DNA of 20,000 nucleotides from the NCBI GenBank assembly GCA_013265495.1, contig MU057711.1:2036118-2056117 (forward strand), written 5' to 3'. Below the pieces are notes generated by a model. It ran no database searches. It was not told the DNA's origin and saw only the letters and a program-made list of their open reading frames with translations. The position numbers and the translations under genes were made by a program. This document shows, piece after piece, positions 9,896-19,522 of this stretch (positions are counted from its first letter, which is position 1; each line of letters opens with the position of its first letter). Origin of the DNA: Vicugna vicugna (Eukaryota).

Positions 9896-10624
9896 CAAGG
9901 TCACCTCTTGTTTTTGGACACAAGTCTCTCCAGCAAGGGCCACAGATCCCGTGATATATCCCTGGAAGCCCTTCTCATCATGCTGGTCTGTGAGCTCACA
10001 GGCCTCCAAGCTCAGGAAGTGGTTTGCAGATACACCTGGCTGTTACCACTACAGAAGCAATGCTGTAGCAGCATTTGGGAGGGTGGTTTCAGGCCTATGT
10101 CCAGGACAGCAGGCTACTCAGGAGCAAGAGGCTCTGCCCCTCCCAGGACCCCAAGCACAGTCTCACCTCCTTCTGGGGCCGCCTGGTATTGTGAGCCAGA
10201 GGCTGGGACCCGGAGCTGTAGAAACAGCTGGGTTCTCCTCTCAGTCCTGCTGCTTCCCAGCCGTGTGTCCTTGGGCAGGTTGCTCTCCTGTTGGGACCTC
10301 ACTTCCCCAGCCCTGCCCACTTCAAAAGGCTGAAGTGAGGGCCAGAGGAGGAAACGAACTGGCTGGGAAGGGCCTGGAGAGGAACTTAGGCTGAGTGCAA
10401 CGTGAGCCTAGTTCCCAAATATCCGCAGAGGCCTTTGTTCACAGTTGGGGCCCTCCAGCAAGGAGCCTGTCCCAAAGACAGGCTCAGTATGGTGGGGGAG
10501 ACAAACCCCAAACAGATCATTTTGGTAGCGTGACGGGCCTACTTCCAATAGTGTGGGCCTGAGTGTGGTGGGCTGAGTCACAGAGGTGGCCATTGTGCTC
10601 TCTGGGTCGCAGAGAGGTAGCAAG

Positions 10625-10770
10625 GGAGGAGGCAGCATTGTGGAGTTTGCTTAGAGTCAGCTTTGTCTGGATTCGAATCCTGGCCTCAGCACTTGCTAGC
10701 TGTGCAACCTTGGGCAAGTTACTTAACCTCTCAGAACCTCCATTTTCATATCTGTAAAATGAGTACAATA
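10625..10770 (+). mobile_element. MIR SINE 5' part (interrupted)
   Basis: ctggattcgaatcctggcctcagcacttgctagctgtgcaaccttgggcaagttacttaacctctc...catatctgtaaaatg. Confidence 0.92.
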
Positions 10771-10985
10771 TTAGCCAACATTTAGTGAGCACCAACTATG
10801 TGCCAGGACCTGGCCTAAACCCTTTATATGTTTTAATAGCATTTCTTGAAACCACCCTGGGATGTAGGTACTATTCCAGCACCAGTGAGCAGATGAGGAA
10901 ACTAAAGCCCAGAGAGGCAAAGCGATTCACTTGTGATCACACAGCCGGTAGGTGGCAAAGCCAGGCTGCTCCAACAAGGTCCCTG
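10771..10985 (-). mobile_element. MIR SINE inserted antisense inside another MIR
   Basis: aacatttagtgagcaccaactatgtgccagg...cagatgaggaaactaaagcccagagagg...tcacacagccggtaggtggcaaagccagg. Confidence 0.88.
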
Positions 10986-10987
10986 AT

Positions 10988-11092
10988 CTCTACCTGCCGG
11001 GATGGGTGAGGATTAAGAGTGATGACGTGTGCTCCATGTTTGGCACCGTGCCTGGAACACAGGAAGGTCACCGTACGTGTTCACTGCTATCA
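10988..11092 (+). mobile_element. MIR SINE 3' part (continuation of 10625-10770)
   Basis: tctacctgccgggatgggtgaggattaagagtgatgacgtgtg...gcaccgtgcctggaacacaggaagg. Confidence 0.8.
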
Positions 11093-11100
11093 ATGCTAGG

Positions 11101-11451
11101 TTTCTTACTTTGCCAGAGCTGCTGTAACAAGGTACCATAGATTGTGTGGTTTAAACAACAGAAATTTATTTTCTCACAGTTCTGGAGACTAGAAATCTGA
11201 AATCAAAGTGTCATCAGGGTTGGTAAGAAAAATTCTCTCTTTTTGGATTGTAGATGGCTGTCTTCTCCCTGTATCTTCACCTCATCTTCCCTCTGTGCGT
11301 GTCTATGTCCAAATTTCCTTTTTTATAAGAATATCTTTTTAAATTAATTATCTCCTTAAGACCCCATCTCCAAGTACAGACACATTCTGAGGTACTGGGG
11401 GTTAGGACTTAAACATATGAAATTTGAGGAGACACAGTTCAGCCCATCCCA
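11101..11451 (-). mobile_element. MaLR solo LTR, MLT1A/MLT1B-type
   Basis: gctgctgtaacaaggtaccatagat...ttaaacaacagaaatttattttctcacagttctggagactagaaatc...cacattctgaggtactgggggttaggactt...gacacagttcagcccat. Confidence 0.9.
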
Positions 11452-12886
11452 GTGGGAGATGTGATGGCCTGTTACCATGTCAGGGGCACCGAAGGCTGGA
11501 GAGGAGATGGTGGCTGCCCAGAAGGCCCCTGGCCCCGTCAGTCTGGCTGTCAGCCCTGGTCAGTGGTAGGAGGCCCAGGGCAGGCTTGGACCCTGGACAC
11601 GATCTCAGGGCTCCCTCCTTGAGGATGGAGCCTACAGGGCAGGACCCCTCCTCCAGGCTTCACATACTCAGCCTGTCACGTGGGAGTTGGTGGGAAGCAC
11701 TGGAGACAGCATTCTCCAGACCCCGCCCCAATAAGAGCTTCATCTCCAGGGCCAGAAAGGGCATCCGGGCCCCAGTTACCACCCGGATAGCTCACGAATC
11801 CTTCCTCCTCCTGCCCAGATGGACTGCAGACCAAGGACATGCTCACAGACCAGGAAGCTTCCTCCAGCTGCCGCTCTTCCTCAGGAAGGCTTTCTTAAAC
11901 TTCCTCATGCCTGCAAGAAACAGTGACAATAAAAAAAGATCCCTTACCCTCACTCGGGGATTCGGGACTTTCCAGCATTTGTTTTCTTTCACCCTCACAC
12001 TTGGCTGGGTGTGGCCAGGCCTGGCCCCCGGGCTGACTGCAGCCCCAGGTGCTGGCCGTAATGCCTTCGCAAGGCACATCCTGAAGCCACCACCACAGAC
12101 AGGTCTGGGTTCATTCTGGGTGAGGGCTTCCCACCAGCCGTCAGCTGCCCCTTCTTCTCCCAAAGATGCCCCCTCCTCTCTAGCTCCTTGTCACCTCTCT
12201 AGTGCCTGCCACATTCTCTCTCACCCGGACAGCTAGTCTCTCTCCTGGGTGGTTCTGGGCCCTTGCCTTGCTCTCCTCCAATCTACGTATCACAAAACAG
12301 CCAGCGCGGCCTTCTCACACATGAATCTGATGATTATCAGCTTAGATGCAGTTAGGAAAGCCCAGCCCCTTCCTGACCAGTTGCTGACGCTGGCCCCCTC
12401 CCCACTCCGCCAGGCCTTTGCCCTTGCTGCTCTCTGTCTAGAACGCTGGGTGCTAAGCACGCCCTCATTGCTGTCAGCCCCCATGGGTTCCCAGCAGCCC
12501 CTCCTTCCCCAGAGCCTTTGAACTTCTCTGTTTTCTGAGGTCCCGCTGCATGGCTGGCATGCCCACCCTCCCAGCATCCTCTGCAGTGAGGGCCCGGGTC
12601 TGTCTTGCTCAGATGGTGGAGAAGGCCTGCCTCTTGCATTCACCATAGGCCCACAGAGAACTAGGGGATGATTTGTTCTACCCAGAAATCTCTGCCCACA
12701 TCCCAGCTGCTCCTGTGACCCTGGGAATGTTTCAGCCAGAGCCTGAGGCTGTGCCTGGGGCAGGGAGCTGGGGGTATGGACTCTCTGCCTGGAGTTCCAC
12801 ATGCTCAGATAGGCTCAGTCTGCCCCAGCTGCCCCTGTACACCCTACAGTCCCTGGCTGGCCTCCCAAGACTCACAGTCAAGGTCA

Positions 12887-13366
12887 TTTTGTCAGTTTCC
12901 TATGGCTGCTCTATCAAATCACCATGAAATTAGTGACTTAAAACAACAAAAGTGTACTGTCTTACAGACTTGGAGGTCAGAGAGTGAAGTGGGTCTCACT
13001 GGGGTGTCAACAGGACTGCATTCCCTCTGAAGCTCTAGGGGACAATCTGTCTCGTCTTTTACTTACATTCCTTGGCTCGTGGCCCCTTCTTCCATCTTTA
13101 GATCCAGCCCACAGCATCTTTAATATCTGACTGCGACCGCTTCTTCAGGGACCCTTGTGACTGTGTTGGGCCCACCTGGATAACCAAAGATAATCTCTTT
13201 TTTTAAGGTCAGCTGATAGGAATCTTAATTCCACCTGCAAATTGAATTCCCCTTTGCCATTTTATGTACCATCTTCACAGATTCCAGGGATTGGACATAG
13301 ACTGTTTTTTCTTTTTTTTTCCCCCTAGATTTGGGGGTGGGCGTGGTGAATCATTCTGCCTACACA
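12887..13366 (-). mobile_element. MaLR solo LTR, MLT1C/MLT1D-type
   Basis: cagtttcctatggctgct...ttaaaacaacaaaag...cattccttggctcgtggccccttc...taaggtcagctgat...tcattctgcctacaca. Confidence 0.88.
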
Positions 13367-13409
13367 GGAAAGGGTATTATGGACTAATTAGAGAGAACAC
13401 ACAGGTGAC

Positions 13410-13545
13410 AGTTTGGCCAGCTGGCCTGGAGACAACTACCTGGATTCAAGTTCACCATTTACCAGCCAAGTGACCTTGGGCAAGTCACTTCATTTTTCTT
13501 TCTGAACCTGAGTCTCCTCATCCTTAAAATGGGGGATGAAGTGAT
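13410..13545 (+). mobile_element. MIR SINE 5' part (interrupted by L1)
   Basis: cctggattcaag...gtgaccttgggcaagtcacttc...ctgagtctcctcatccttaaaatggggga. Confidence 0.85.
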
Positions 13546-13547
13546 AC

Positions 13548-13933
13548 TCTCTGCAGTGGGATACTACTCAGCAATGAAAAGGGATGGACTATCTATACAT
13601 ACGGCAAGGTGGATGAATCTCAGAACTATTATGAGTGAGTGAAACTGGACGAAAAAAGTACATACTGCATGATTGCCTTTCTACAACATTCAAGAAAGTG
13701 CAAACTAATATAGCAACAGGAAGCAGAGATGGTCACTTGTGGACAGAGGGAGCCAGGGAAGGGCAGAAGGGAGGGATTACAAGGGGGCACAAGGACACAC
13801 TTGGGGGTGACAGATATGTTCATTGTCTTGATTGTGTTGATGTGTGTGTGTGTGTATATATATCAAAATATCAAACTATATACTTTAAAAGGTACAGTTT
13901 ATTGTGTGTCAGCTATACCTCAACAAAGCTGTT
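13548..13933 (+). mobile_element. L1MD/L1MC-type LINE-1 3' end, with internal (TG)n(TA)n tract at 13841-13863
   Basis: atactactcagcaatgaaaaggg...tggatgaatctcagaac...tacatactgcatgatt...gcaaactaat...tatgttcattgtcttgattgtg...tatacctcaacaaagctgtt. Confidence 0.88.
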
Positions 13934-13942
13934 ATAGTGGGA

Positions 13943-14050
13943 GGTGATTACGGTTTCTCTTCATAGGGCGGTGGTGTAGATTAGATGAGTTAATTCATGA
14001 AAAACCATAGGACACTTGGCACATGGTAAGTACCATGAGCCAGCATCATC
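13943..14050 (+). mobile_element. MIR SINE 3' part
   Basis: ttcatagggcggtggtgtagattagatgagttaattcatgaaaa...cttggcacatggtaagtac. Confidence 0.8.
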
Positions 14051-14077
14051 ACTGATGTTGCTGGTATGGTTAAACAG

Positions 14078-14228
14078 CAGTGCTTCTCCACTCTGCTGCA
14101 TGTTAGAATCACCTGGCAAATATTCCTAAAGCACCACTACCTGGGCCTCCCCTGCACAGAGTGTGACCCAGGTGACCTGGGGCGGGGCTTGTGGCTGGAC
14201 ATTTTTAAAGCTCCCCAGGTGATTTTAT
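14078..14228. mobile_element. MER5-type hAT-Charlie MITE
   Basis: cagtgcttctccactctgctgcatgttagaatcacctgg...atttttaaagctccccaggtgatt, with the internal inverted pair aatcacctgg / ccaggtgatt. Confidence 0.8.
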
Positions 14229-14364
14229 AGGATTTGAATAAGTCAGGATTATTCTTCACTGTACCAATATTTATCTAGTCTCACAATGTGGAAACTATGC
14301 CAATATCTTCCAGATAGTTCTCTCATGCAGGCTAGCTCCCGTGGAGAAACAGCTCTGGCCTCAG

Positions 14365-14610
14365 TCATTCATTCATTCAGTAAATGTAACCTACCTCATT
14401 GTCCAGCCCTGACCAGGTGCTGAGGAGATTAATGTGGACTCAAGTTCCTGCCTTCAGGATGCCTGGTCTTATGGCAGAGATGAGAAAACAGATCCACACA
14501 GTGAGGAAAGGGCAGGGAGGAAACAGAGAAGGCTCCAAAGAGGATGTGACATTTTTCTCAGGGTCTTGAACAATGTGCAGGAGTTTGCCAAGGAGAAAAG
14601 GAGAGCATCA
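14365..14610 (-). mobile_element. L2 3' end (first piece of a fragmented L2)
   Basis: tcattcattcattcagtaaatg (antisense L2 tail)...aagttcctgccttcagg...gggtcttgaacaatgtgcaggagtttgccaagg. Confidence 0.8.
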
Positions 14611-14978
14611 TGTGTGTATCAGTTATCTATTGCTGTGTAACAAATTACCCCCCAAAATTAAGCAACTTAAAACAACCATTTTATTATGTTCATAGACTCT
14701 GTAGGTTGGGAATTCAGATATGGCAGAGTGTCTCTGCTCCTCAATGTCTGGGGCCTCTGGAGCAACTCAAAATAGGGGGCTGAAGCTGTCTAAAGTCTCA
14801 TTTACTCACATGTCTGGCACTGGATGAGTCAAAGACTAGGACTGCAGTCAGTGCCTGCACATGGCCTGTCTGTGCAGTTTGGGCTTCCTCACATAATGGC
14901 TGCCTCAGGGTCTTCAGACGGGATGATCAGGGCTCCACTAATGAGTATTTTATTGGAAAAGATAGAAGCTATAGCACC

Positions 14979-15556
14979 GCACCCCAATGTTCACAGCAGC
15001 ACTATTTACAACAGCCAAGACATGGAAACAACCTAAATGTCCATTGACAGATGACTGGATAAAGAAGTTGTGGTATATTTATACAACAGAATACTACTCA
15101 GCCATAAAAAATGCCATTTGCAGCAATATGTATGGACCTGGAGATCGTCATTCTAGTGAAGTAAGCCAGAAAGAGAAGGAAAAATACCATATGATATCAC
15201 TTATACGTAGAATATAAAAAACAAAAAACAAAAACAAACAAACTTATTTACAAAATAGAAACAGACTCACAGACATAGAAAACAAACTTATGGTTACCAG
15301 GAGGGAAAGGGAGTGGGAAGGAGTTCAAGATTTGCAGATACTAACTACTATATATAAAATAGATAAACAACAAATTTATGCTGTATAACATAGGGAACCA
15401 TATTCAATATCTTGTCATAATATACGGTAAAAAAGAATATCAAAATGAATATATATATGTTCATGTATGACTGAAGCATTATGCTGCACACCAGAAATTG
15501 ACACAACATTGTAAACTGACTAGACTTCAATAAAAAAATACATATTTTCAGGAAAA
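14979..15556 (+). mobile_element. 5'-truncated lineage-specific LINE-1 (ORF2 end + 3'UTR + A-rich tail)
   Basis: ORF2 C-terminal peptide, 3'UTR ending accagaaattgacacaacattgtaaactgactagacttcaataaaaaaa, and a degenerate 15-bp TSD agaagctatagcacc (14964-14978) / agaagctgtaccacc (15557-15571). Confidence 0.93.
14981..15217 (+). pseudogene. LINE-1 ORF2p C-terminal remnant (non-functional)
   Basis: TPMFTAALFTTAKTWKQPKCPLTDDWIKKLWYIYTTEYYSAIK...SEVSQKEKEKYHMISLI is the characteristic L1 ORF2 C-terminus; the MPFAAICMDLEIVIL segment is shifted into another frame. Confidence 0.92.
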
Positions 15557-15729
15557 AGAAGCTGTACCACCTTGTATAACCCAGCCTCAAAAGTCATAAA
15601 ACATCACTCTCACTTCACTCTACTGGTTGAAGCAGTTTTAAGACCACCCAGATTCAAGAGGAAGAGCCACCGACCCTGGCTCTTGATGGAGGATCATGTT
15701 TTAGAACTGCTCCAGTGTATTCAGGGAGC

Positions 15730-15968
15730 AATAATGATGATGGTAACACCTTATAGACATAGTAGGCAGTCATGATGCTCCGAGGGTCATTCTAAACTCT
15801 TTCATGTATTAACTCAGCATCCCCCCACCCCAAGGCATGTCATTACCCCGTCTTTCAGATAGAGAAACTTGTGCAAAGCCAGAGAGCTGGCAGGTAGGAG
15901 AGCTGAGATTTGAATCCAGGCAGACTGGCTGCAATGCCCAAGCACTAGTCACCACACACACTGCCTCC
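15730..15968 (-). mobile_element. MIR SINE
   Basis: ataatgatgatggtaacaccttatag...tgtattaactca...tttcagatagagaaact...gagatttgaatccaggcagactggct...cacactgcctc. Confidence 0.82.
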
Positions 15969-15974
15969 CCTCAG

Positions 15975-16295
15975 CAGAGCTAGTGTGGCTGGACCTGTGA
16001 TGCCTGTAGGGAGGGGCTGGAGCTGCACCTGGAAAGGAGGGCCTCCTGAAGGCCCTTGCCAGACACGAAGGAGGGTCTGGAGTTCATCCCAAGAGCAGTG
16101 GGGAACCACTGATGGGATCTTAAGCAGGAAGATAACATGACCAGATCTGTGTGGCAGAATGATCCCTCCAGAGACTGACAGGGAATGGATTGGAGGAGGT
16201 AAAGCCACAGATGAGGACACGAATCAGCAAGTTGGTGCAAGGGCTCAGATGAGGGCTGTGTTGGGAAAAACAGGGAATGGGCGCAAGGGGAAGTC
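15975..16295 (-). mobile_element. L2 internal fragment (continuation)
   Basis: agtgtggctgga...ggagttcatcccaagagcagtggggaaccactgatgggatcttaagcaggaagataacatgaccagatctgtgt. Confidence 0.8.
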
Positions 16296-16334
16296 AGTAA
16301 GTTCAGTCCTTGGAATGGTACACGGCCATTTGAT

Positions 16335-16960
16335 GTCATGATTTTGAAGAGTATTTAACAACTTGAAAAAATTCTTCCAGCATATAATTTTGAGTTTAGT
16401 TTAAAACAAAGGGAATTCAAAACCATATAAAATATGATTCCAATTTATTTTAAGGGTACCTATCTATTGTGCTATTGACTCTCCACTTGCCCCCCCCTAC
16501 GTATACTCTTCACCCTTCTCCCCCTGCTAAATCCTGGGTCTAACTACTACAACCTGCATCACCCGGGCTCGTCCATCCTCTGACTTCCTGTGGTTCAGCC
16601 AGTTGGGGGGGGGCACCTGGGGAGATCAGAGGGCGGGAGAAGAGAAGCCAGGGTGTTTATTTCTCTGGCTTCCTCTCTGTCTCTCTGTGGTTCTGGCAGT
16701 GGCTCAGTTTAAGGCCACAGCTCCTGGCAACGCCCCTCCCACTGCTCCGGCAGTGGGTCCTGGCAACCCCACTTCTTCCCCCATCTGACTAATACAACTA
16801 TACACAGACAAAAGCTTGTATGGAAATACTCCAAATTGTAAGATTATTTTGGTGGTAGGATTGGAGGTGTTTTCCCTTCTTTTAACATTTCTGTGTTTTC
16901 TAAATTGTTTGCAGTTAATCTGTATTAACTTTTATATATATATATAATAATTTTTAAAAA
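16335..16960 (+). mobile_element. Old L1ME-type 3' end split by an LTR16-like element (parts about 16335-16455 and 16795-16960)
   Basis: gattttgaagagtatttaacaacttgaaaaatt...aatatgattccaattt, and ggaaatactccaaattgtaa...ggtggtaggattggaggtgttttc...tttctgtgttttctaaattgtttgcagt. Confidence 0.6.
16467..16790 (-). mobile_element. ERVL LTR16-type LTR fragment
   Basis: ccacttgccccc...actcttcacccttctcc...cctctgacttcctgtggttcagccag...ggagatcagagggcgggagaagaga...gggtgtttatttctctggcttcctc...aaggccacagctcctg. Confidence 0.75.
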
Positions 16961-17022
16961 GCATGTCAATAGGATTTGAGGTTGGTCAGATGTAGAAAGG
17001 ACAAATGTGGCAGGAAAGCATT

Positions 17023-17545
17023 TGTGGTGGTTTTAAAATATGTCCATTAGCCCTTTGAGATTTCTCTCTCCAAAAGGTGGAGGCTAATTCCCTCCCCTTG
17101 CATGCAGGCTGTCCTCAGTGGCTTGCTTCCAATGAACTGAATATGGTAAAATGATGGTGTACGTCTGGGTCATCAAAGGCGTCACAGCTGTCTCCTTGCT
17201 GTCTCTTGGATCACTGGCACTGGAGGAAGCCAGTTACCATGTCATGAGGACACTCAAGCAGGCTTCTGGAGAGATCCACGCAGTGAGGAACTGAGGCCTC
17301 CTGCCAACAGCCATGTGTGTGAGCACCTTGGAAGGAAATCATCCAGCTCCGGTCAAACCTTCAGGTCACTGCAGTCCTGTCCCACATCTTGCCTGCAACC
17401 TCCTGAGAGGTCCTGATCCAAAACCACCCTCTCAAGTCACTCTCAGCTTCCTGACCCACAGAATGTATGTGTGAGATGATATTTATTTTGTTGATGATGC
17501 TAAGTTTTAGGGCGATTTGTTACCGGGTAATAGCTAACTGATACA
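17023..17545 (+). mobile_element. MaLR solo LTR, MLT1F-type, full length (TG...CA) with 5-bp TSD
   Basis: tgtggtggttttaaaatatgtcc...gaggaagccagttaccatgtcatgaggacactcaagcag...gaggaactgaggcctcctgccaacagcc...aatagctaactgataca, flanked by gcatt (17018-17022) / gcatc (17546-17550). Confidence 0.92.
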
Positions 17546-17550
17546 GCATC

Positions 17551-18075
17551 AGGATGTTTCCCTGGATTCCAGCTTGAATATCAGAAGAGATGAGACCCAA
17601 GCTAGGGGGCTGTCATATGGGCAGAAGGTAGTCTCCATTTGGGAAATGTTGAGCTTGGGGGCCCTGGGGGAGGCAGCCCACGTGCACCAGGCATAAAGTT
17701 TGGGGAGGAAGATCTAGATAAAAGGAGAGAGATCTGGAATCATCAGCAGAAGAGGGGGTGAAAGAAGAAACTTTAGGAGTGGGAAAGATCACTCAAGAAG
17801 AGTGCGTTGAGTGGAAAGAGTAGAGGGCTAGGTGGAGGTCAAGGGGAAGACCACCCCTGGAGCAGTGTGATGAGCCGGAGTGGGAGAAGAAGCCATCAGA
17901 GAGGTGGGAGGAGACCAGGGGAGAGAGCAGCGTTTGGAAGGCCGAGTAAGAGGGAGAGCTTTCCAAGGCCATAGGAAACAGGACAAGGACCGTGATGGAG
18001 CCCCTGGGCTTGGCCAGGATGCCCTGGGAGTGGCCAAGATGCCTGGGTGACCTTGCTGGGAGAGAGCAGTTTTCT
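17551..18075 (-). mobile_element. L2 internal fragment (continuation)
   Basis: tccatttgggaaatgttgagcttg...gagatctggaatcatcagcaga...ggagtgggaaagatcactcaagaagagtgcgttgagtggaaagag...cagagaggtgggaggagaccagg. Confidence 0.78.
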
Positions 18076-18839
18076 GGCTTCTGTCCTGAGTCCCTCTGGC
18101 TGAGGGTTTCCACAGTACCAAGGGTTGAGAACAGCACAGCCCCATCCTGGCCAAGTTTGTTCACTCAAGTCCTCCAAACTTGGGACACCAGTCACCAAGA
18201 GCTGGTGGGAGGGGGACCCTCATGTCTGTGGCTCCAGCTCCTAGGGCTTACTCTGCTGGTGGGGGGACGTTTCCATTCCTTTTGAGAGCTTTCTTAATTT
18301 CCCCTTCCTTCCTCCACGCTCCTGTCCAGGTGCCAAAGTGTAGAGAAACCTGCCTCTAAACATATGCTCTACAGAAACACACAAATCTGCTTTCAGACTG
18401 AAGAGGTCCTCTTAAGATTCTGTGCCTTCTCGAATAATTTCAGTGGCAGTAACTTCAAGGGTAGGAAAAGGCTCCTTAAACACCCTACACAGCATCCGTG
18501 TGGGACTAACTCCACTTCCCTGGGTTCTCAAAGCCCAATTTAATCCAAGCTTATTAACACATAATATTTTAATTTGCCTTTTCAATGTGCTCTGCACTGT
18601 ATAAGCGTAACAAATTTAATAACATCAGAAGTAAGGATTTTGTATGTTAATTACAATGTTTCCATTTCTTTGAGAAGCTCTTTCCAGTTGGGGTAATCCC
18701 TGTGGAAAACAGACCCCTGGAAATCAAGGCAGTCTCTGGTCCTCCCCTGAGCAGACCTCCACCCCAACTGAAAGCAATCAGAAAGGAAAAATGGGTTTCC
18801 TGGGGATGGAAGATTAGCTGAAATCTAACATTTTCCAGG

Positions 18840-19320
18840 GTCTTAGCTTGTGTTGCCTCCAAAGCAGAGGCTGAGACAAGGGTCCCCGTATAAGTTGTTT
18901 AACTGGGAGGTGGTCTCAGGAAGCACCCGTGGAAGAGTGCAGGTGTAGACAGGCAGGAGACAGCAGCCAGCAAAGGGTGTGTTTCTCAAGCCAGTTACCA
19001 CAGAGAGTGACTGGGGCTCAGTCCTGCTGGGGAGCCCTGGGAGCCAGCGTGGACCACGCACCACCTCGGTTATCCCACCTGAGGACTGAGGGCTCTGGGG
19101 CATCTATCTACCAATTCTGCCAGTCACTGGGCAAGGGCTCTTTCCAGGGGCCATTAGTTCTCTGGCCCTTGCAATCTGCAGGGTGGGTGGCACAATGGGC
19201 TCTAATGCCCAGAGGAAGCCGGCAGGCAAAGGAAGGAGGTCAGGCAGCTGGAGGTCAGGTTGCCGTGCACTGAAGGGGTAAGGGTGCGGGACCATGGGCG
19301 GGCAGGCAGCGATGATGTAA
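18840..19320 (-). mobile_element. ERVL LTR33-type solo LTR
   Basis: aagcagaggctgagacaaggg...gtttaactgggaggtggtctcaggaagcacc...actggggctcagtcctgctgggga...gttatcccacctgagg...ccagtcactgggcaagggct. Confidence 0.8.
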
Positions 19321-19434
19321 CCAGCTCCACGGGCCCCACGTCCTGGCACAAGCTGGCAGGGACGTGAGTTCCTGCATTGTGCTGGTTGTTAAAGGAATGC
19401 AGCTCTGGCTTTTCCTGGCCCCCAAACCTAAAGC

Positions 19435-19522
19435 AATCAGCAAACAATTTTGAGCATCTCTAAGGTACCGGCAGTGGCTGGACCTGGAGACTCAGAGATG
19501 GGTGGAGCTTAGTTTTGTCCTG
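19435..19522 (-). mobile_element. L2 3' end fragment
   Basis: tcagcaaacaattttgagcatctctaaggtaccggcagtggctggacctggagactcagagatg. Confidence 0.55.

Larger units (their letters stand above)
14613..15695 (-). mobile_element. MaLR LTR (MLT1F/G/H-type) split by an L1 insertion (LTR parts about 14613-14978 and 15557-15695)
   Basis: tgtatcagttatctattgctgtgtaacaaattacccc...tcacatgtctggc...gggcttcctcacataatggctgcctcaggg; resumes with cccagcctcaaaagtcata...cccagattcaagagga...ctcttgatggagg. Confidence 0.85.

Noticed and set aside
9807..10394. 195-aa ORF
   Set aside because: The N-terminus is the antisense reading of the SINE (MEVLETEPRTSCMLSKHSTTELYP), a typical repeat-derived false ORF
10578..10593. 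CTCF site (cacagaggtggcca)
   Set aside because: Only the AGGTGGC half matches the core; too weak without a PWM scan
11424..12236. 270-aa ORF, the longest in the window
   Set aside because: Starts at a TTG inside an MLT1 LTR, has no recognisable protein similarity or domain, and shows no supporting exon structure
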